The position numbers and the translations under genes were made by a program. Source: Dicyema japonicum (lineage: Eukaryota; Animalia; Dicyemida). From it: a stretch of 64,000 nt of DNA. The stretch is taken from assembly GCA_011109175.1 (NCBI GenBank), contig RDEW01000036.1, positions 3,583 to 67,582 of the forward strand, given 5' to 3'. Shown here in pieces: positions 60,857 to 64,000 of this stretch (the stretch's first letter is position 1; each line of letters begins with the position of its first letter). The notes below the pieces were generated by a model that was not told the origin of the DNA, made no database searches, and saw only the letters and a program-made list of their open reading frames with translations.

Positions 60857-63800
60857 ATGTGGAGATTCCCTACTTTACAAAAGGACTCCAAAAGCTGTAA
60901 TTCCCATATTATCATGACAGGACTACAATAACAGGAAATGGAGATCTCTATCCAGAAGAACATCAAAATTAGTTTATATCACCAAAACAACCCAAGAGCC
61001 TAAAATTGCTTGCCTACGACTACCCGGAATTTGTCATCGTTTATCGGACTGGCTGCCTAAGCTATGGTAAATCTTACTGGGAATTTCAGTCATCTCTACG
61101 AGATTGAACGAGGCAGAGGCACTGGAGAGCTGGCTTTGGCTGGAGAATAATATTTTAAGCCAAATTAGATCCTTCACTAGTCAAAATGAGATACTAGAGC
61201 TATTTATAGCCAAAGCCAACCCAACGACAGGTACTTTGAACTTATTACTTAGACTCGGAGACAACCCAAAATGACTATATTATAAGAAGTTGACTGTTTT
61301 GACTATTTAGGTCACTCTGGACTCACATGGGAGCGCTGTGTACCAATTTTTGGCGCAATTAATTTAACTCTAACTGCTTTATGTTTCGATTCAGATTCTT
61401 TCAGTCTGAGAATCCCATGGGACCAAATCACTGTATGTCATATCCTTCATCTAGAACGCTCAATCTTCTAGGGAGACTGAGCTTGCGCATGTTGTGTCAT
61501 TTGAGACTACCAATAGTTCTGTTAGATTTGTATTTATTGAAGTACCGGTTCACTGTACTCAAAGGACGACGGGAGTTCAAAGAAATCTTTGACATTTTAT
61601 TACCAAGGTTTAAATTTGATTTTACTTAGTTAATTAATTAATTTAATATTGTAGAAATGCTACTTGTCGGAGAATATTTTACATTTTTCAATGGCAAGAA
61701 ATTAGGTATTTTTATATTAATTCAGACGTGTTTTGCATCTTCCAGCTGATGAAATTTTCTTTCATACTCAAACTTGTCATATTTTGCGTTCCAATGAGAA
61801 AATGCACGTGGATCTGATTATTAGCAACAATTTTTTAACTTTCGTGGGAAATGTATCCATCTCTTATCATTGTAGGAACCTCAGTTGAAATGTGCTATTC
61901 CATTTGCCAAAATCAGCCAAATTGAAGTAAAGGAAGCTCAACTGACCATTATTTTTCACGATTCTAGTGTATTCCGTGTTCTAAAACGAAGTTTGACTTA
62001 GTGATGGGAGATTTAACAAAGGAAACAATATCCTTAATAACAGCTAGGGATTTGTACCCAGTCTGTGAAAAGGAGAGTAAGGAGGATGGGAAATACTATA
62101 GTTTGCTAGAAATTAAAGAGGCTGAGAGACTGCTAGCTAAGTTCACTCAGTTTGTTTGGGTAAAACATCTCAATTACTTCAAAATGTGCTGTCTTGTTTG
62201 ACTCTAGATCACACTTTTTGTCGTTTACATCAAAAACTGAGGTAATGGCCCGTCGAGGAATACCCGAGAATCTCAGAGAAAGGATTTGGATGTTGCATTC
62301 AGGGGCTGCCAGTAGACTTTACCTAAACAGAGGATATTATGAAGAGGCTGTAAAAATGGGAGAAACTGAAGTGAACTCGCTAGTTTTGTCAGAAATTGAG
62401 AAGGATTTGCCTAGGTTTAGTTTTTTCTCTGATTTAAAGGACGATGCCTGACGTTGGCATCTTTTCTGGATCTGGGGAAGGGATCAAACCTTTGAGGCGA
62501 ATTCTTATGGCCTTTGCTTGGCATAACAAGAAGATTGGGTACTGTCAAGCGATGAACTGTGTTGCGGCCATGTTGTTGTTGTTTTGTGGGGAGGAAAATT
62601 CGTTTTGGTTACTCATTCAGCTGTGTGAGAGTCACGGAATGGATAGTTACTACTGTGGGGATGTTAGTGGAGGCGTGGTGGACTGCGGTATTTGGGGATT
62701 CTCATATTTAGACGTTCTGAGAGATCTGATTATGCAATACATCCCCGCCTTGAAGGAATTTGCCTCTAAAAACAGTCTCGTGCCAATTTCTATTTCCTGG
62801 TTCATGACTTTGTATACAAGGTTTGCTGAAATGTTGATTTCAGCGTTCTAGATCCCTTTTGTGCCGCTAGAATATTCGACTGTTTCTTCTGTGGTGAGGG
62901 ACCTCTGGTTATGTTCCGTGTGGCTCTTCAGATCTACAAAAATTCCCTTGTTGACATTTCAAGTGACTTTGAACTGCCAGAAGCGTCACTGATTATGTCA
63001 AAATATCTAAAGAGGATCTCTTCGACGGATATGGGCCCAAATGTTTACTCATTTTGGTATTTCAGATGGTTCCAATTGACTCTTTAATGGAATCCGCTTT
63101 TTCGAATTTCCGTGATTTCACCGTCGACACGTTAGGTCAACTAAGAGCCAAATATGTTCACGTGAAGCTAAAAGTTTGTTTTTCTTTCTATTTAGAAAAA
63201 TTTCCAAGAAAACCTTAACTTAACAGTTCAGAGCGTGTCAAAATACCAAAATCAGCTTTTTCTGATGAAATGGTGTCGGATCTGCTGTTAATTACTAAAA
63301 ATGAGATTCTGAACATGCAGTCGTTCTCCTCCTGCCAAATCGGTTTGTGTGAGCTCGAACTTGTGATGGAACTTCCAGAGCTCCACTTTCGACTTGACTA
63401 TCCGGCATTTCAATATTTATTTGCTGAGCTTTCTTGTTGGTACAGTGGGAAAAATCCAGAATTGTTGTCTTATTTTCTATGGTCCCTGATTGAAGAAGAC
63501 AAACACGTGTCATTCCTTGACTTTGTGCTTGTCCTCAATGTGATTTTTGGCGACTGTGTGGCCGACAAATTGACATTATTCTACCAAATTCACCTCCTTC
63601 CTATGCCGGACTCTGAGGAACTAGGTTGAAGAGTGTGAGTCTACTATAGATTGTGAGGTAAGAAAGATGTGTCAGAAGTGGATACGGAGTGATTGTCGGA
63701 GTGAATTGAGTCTGAATGGGATGAGTCAGGTGTGTGCTTTTCTAATAAATAGGGAAAGTTGAATAGACTGGTGAATTCTCTGATGGATCTAATTTGTGGA

Positions 63801-64000
63801 CATGAGCTGGAAGCTGACTGTCAGTTAGGACTGCAGAATGTTACCATGCTTCTTGTGAATAAGTTGTATGCTATGAGTCCTCAATGTGATGTGGATTTGG
63901 ATTGTGGGGATGTGGTTGCCCATTTATTCACATGCGAATCACTCGTGGACTTTTTTAGTACCTCCATTTGTGATTTGAATATACGTTTAAGAGATTTGCT
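60857..64000 (+). CDS. TBC1D9: TBC1D8/TBC1D9-like Rab GAP (GRAM-like region, TBC domain); start uncertain, runs off the window
   Basis: PEFVIVYRT...ESWLWLENNIL resembles the TBC1D9 N-terminus. TBC motifs GIPENLRERIWMLHSG, EIEKDLPR (Arg finger), LRRILMAFAWHNKKIGYCQAMN (Gln finger), ISWFMTLY. Confidence 0.85.

Noticed and set aside
1-64000. Non-standard genetic code or stop-codon readthrough
   Set aside because: Conserved genes decode with the standard code once tiny introns are removed, and they end in TGA (TIM17, WDR61, BCAP31, ZDHHC), TAG (UCK) or TAA (FBXL5).
531-64000. Most 60-120 aa ORFs in the supplied track
   Set aside because: They are antisense or off-frame shadows of retroelement remnants or of spliced exons.

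Overview
This is AT-rich animal genomic DNA, with no prokaryotic or viral system and no CRISPR array. Compact genes with very short GT-AG introns (mostly 20-26 nt) sit as islands among retroelement debris that covers roughly half of the window. The intron size plus an EGFR-family receptor point to a reduced metazoan such as a dicyemid or myxozoan (inference). Genes I could decode by splicing manually: EGFR-like receptor tyrosine kinase, WDR61/SKI8, FBXL5, dysbindin-like, TIM17, a ZDHHC2/15/20-type palmitoyltransferase, uridine-cytidine kinase, BCAP31, a TBC1D8/9-like Rab GAP (runs off the window end) and one tRNA-Gly(CCC). Mobile elements: about 19 remnants of CRE-clade non-LTR elements (restriction-like endonuclease), RTE LINEs (one near full length, two internally deleted bipartite derivatives), an APE-type LINE family whose ORF ends in GIT-stop, three SINE-like families (each with at least one copy flanked by target-site duplications), and hAT and pogo remnants. 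The most notable unexplained structures are: (1) a covarying long-loop stem enclosing the stop codon in many LINE and SINE 3' ends; (2) a four-way-junction core in SINE family A; (3) single-base frameshifts at A-runs in EGFR and dysbindin; (4) an HCD catalytic loop in the EGFR kinase. Repeat boundaries are approximate (tens of nt). All family assignments come from motif recognition, not database searches.
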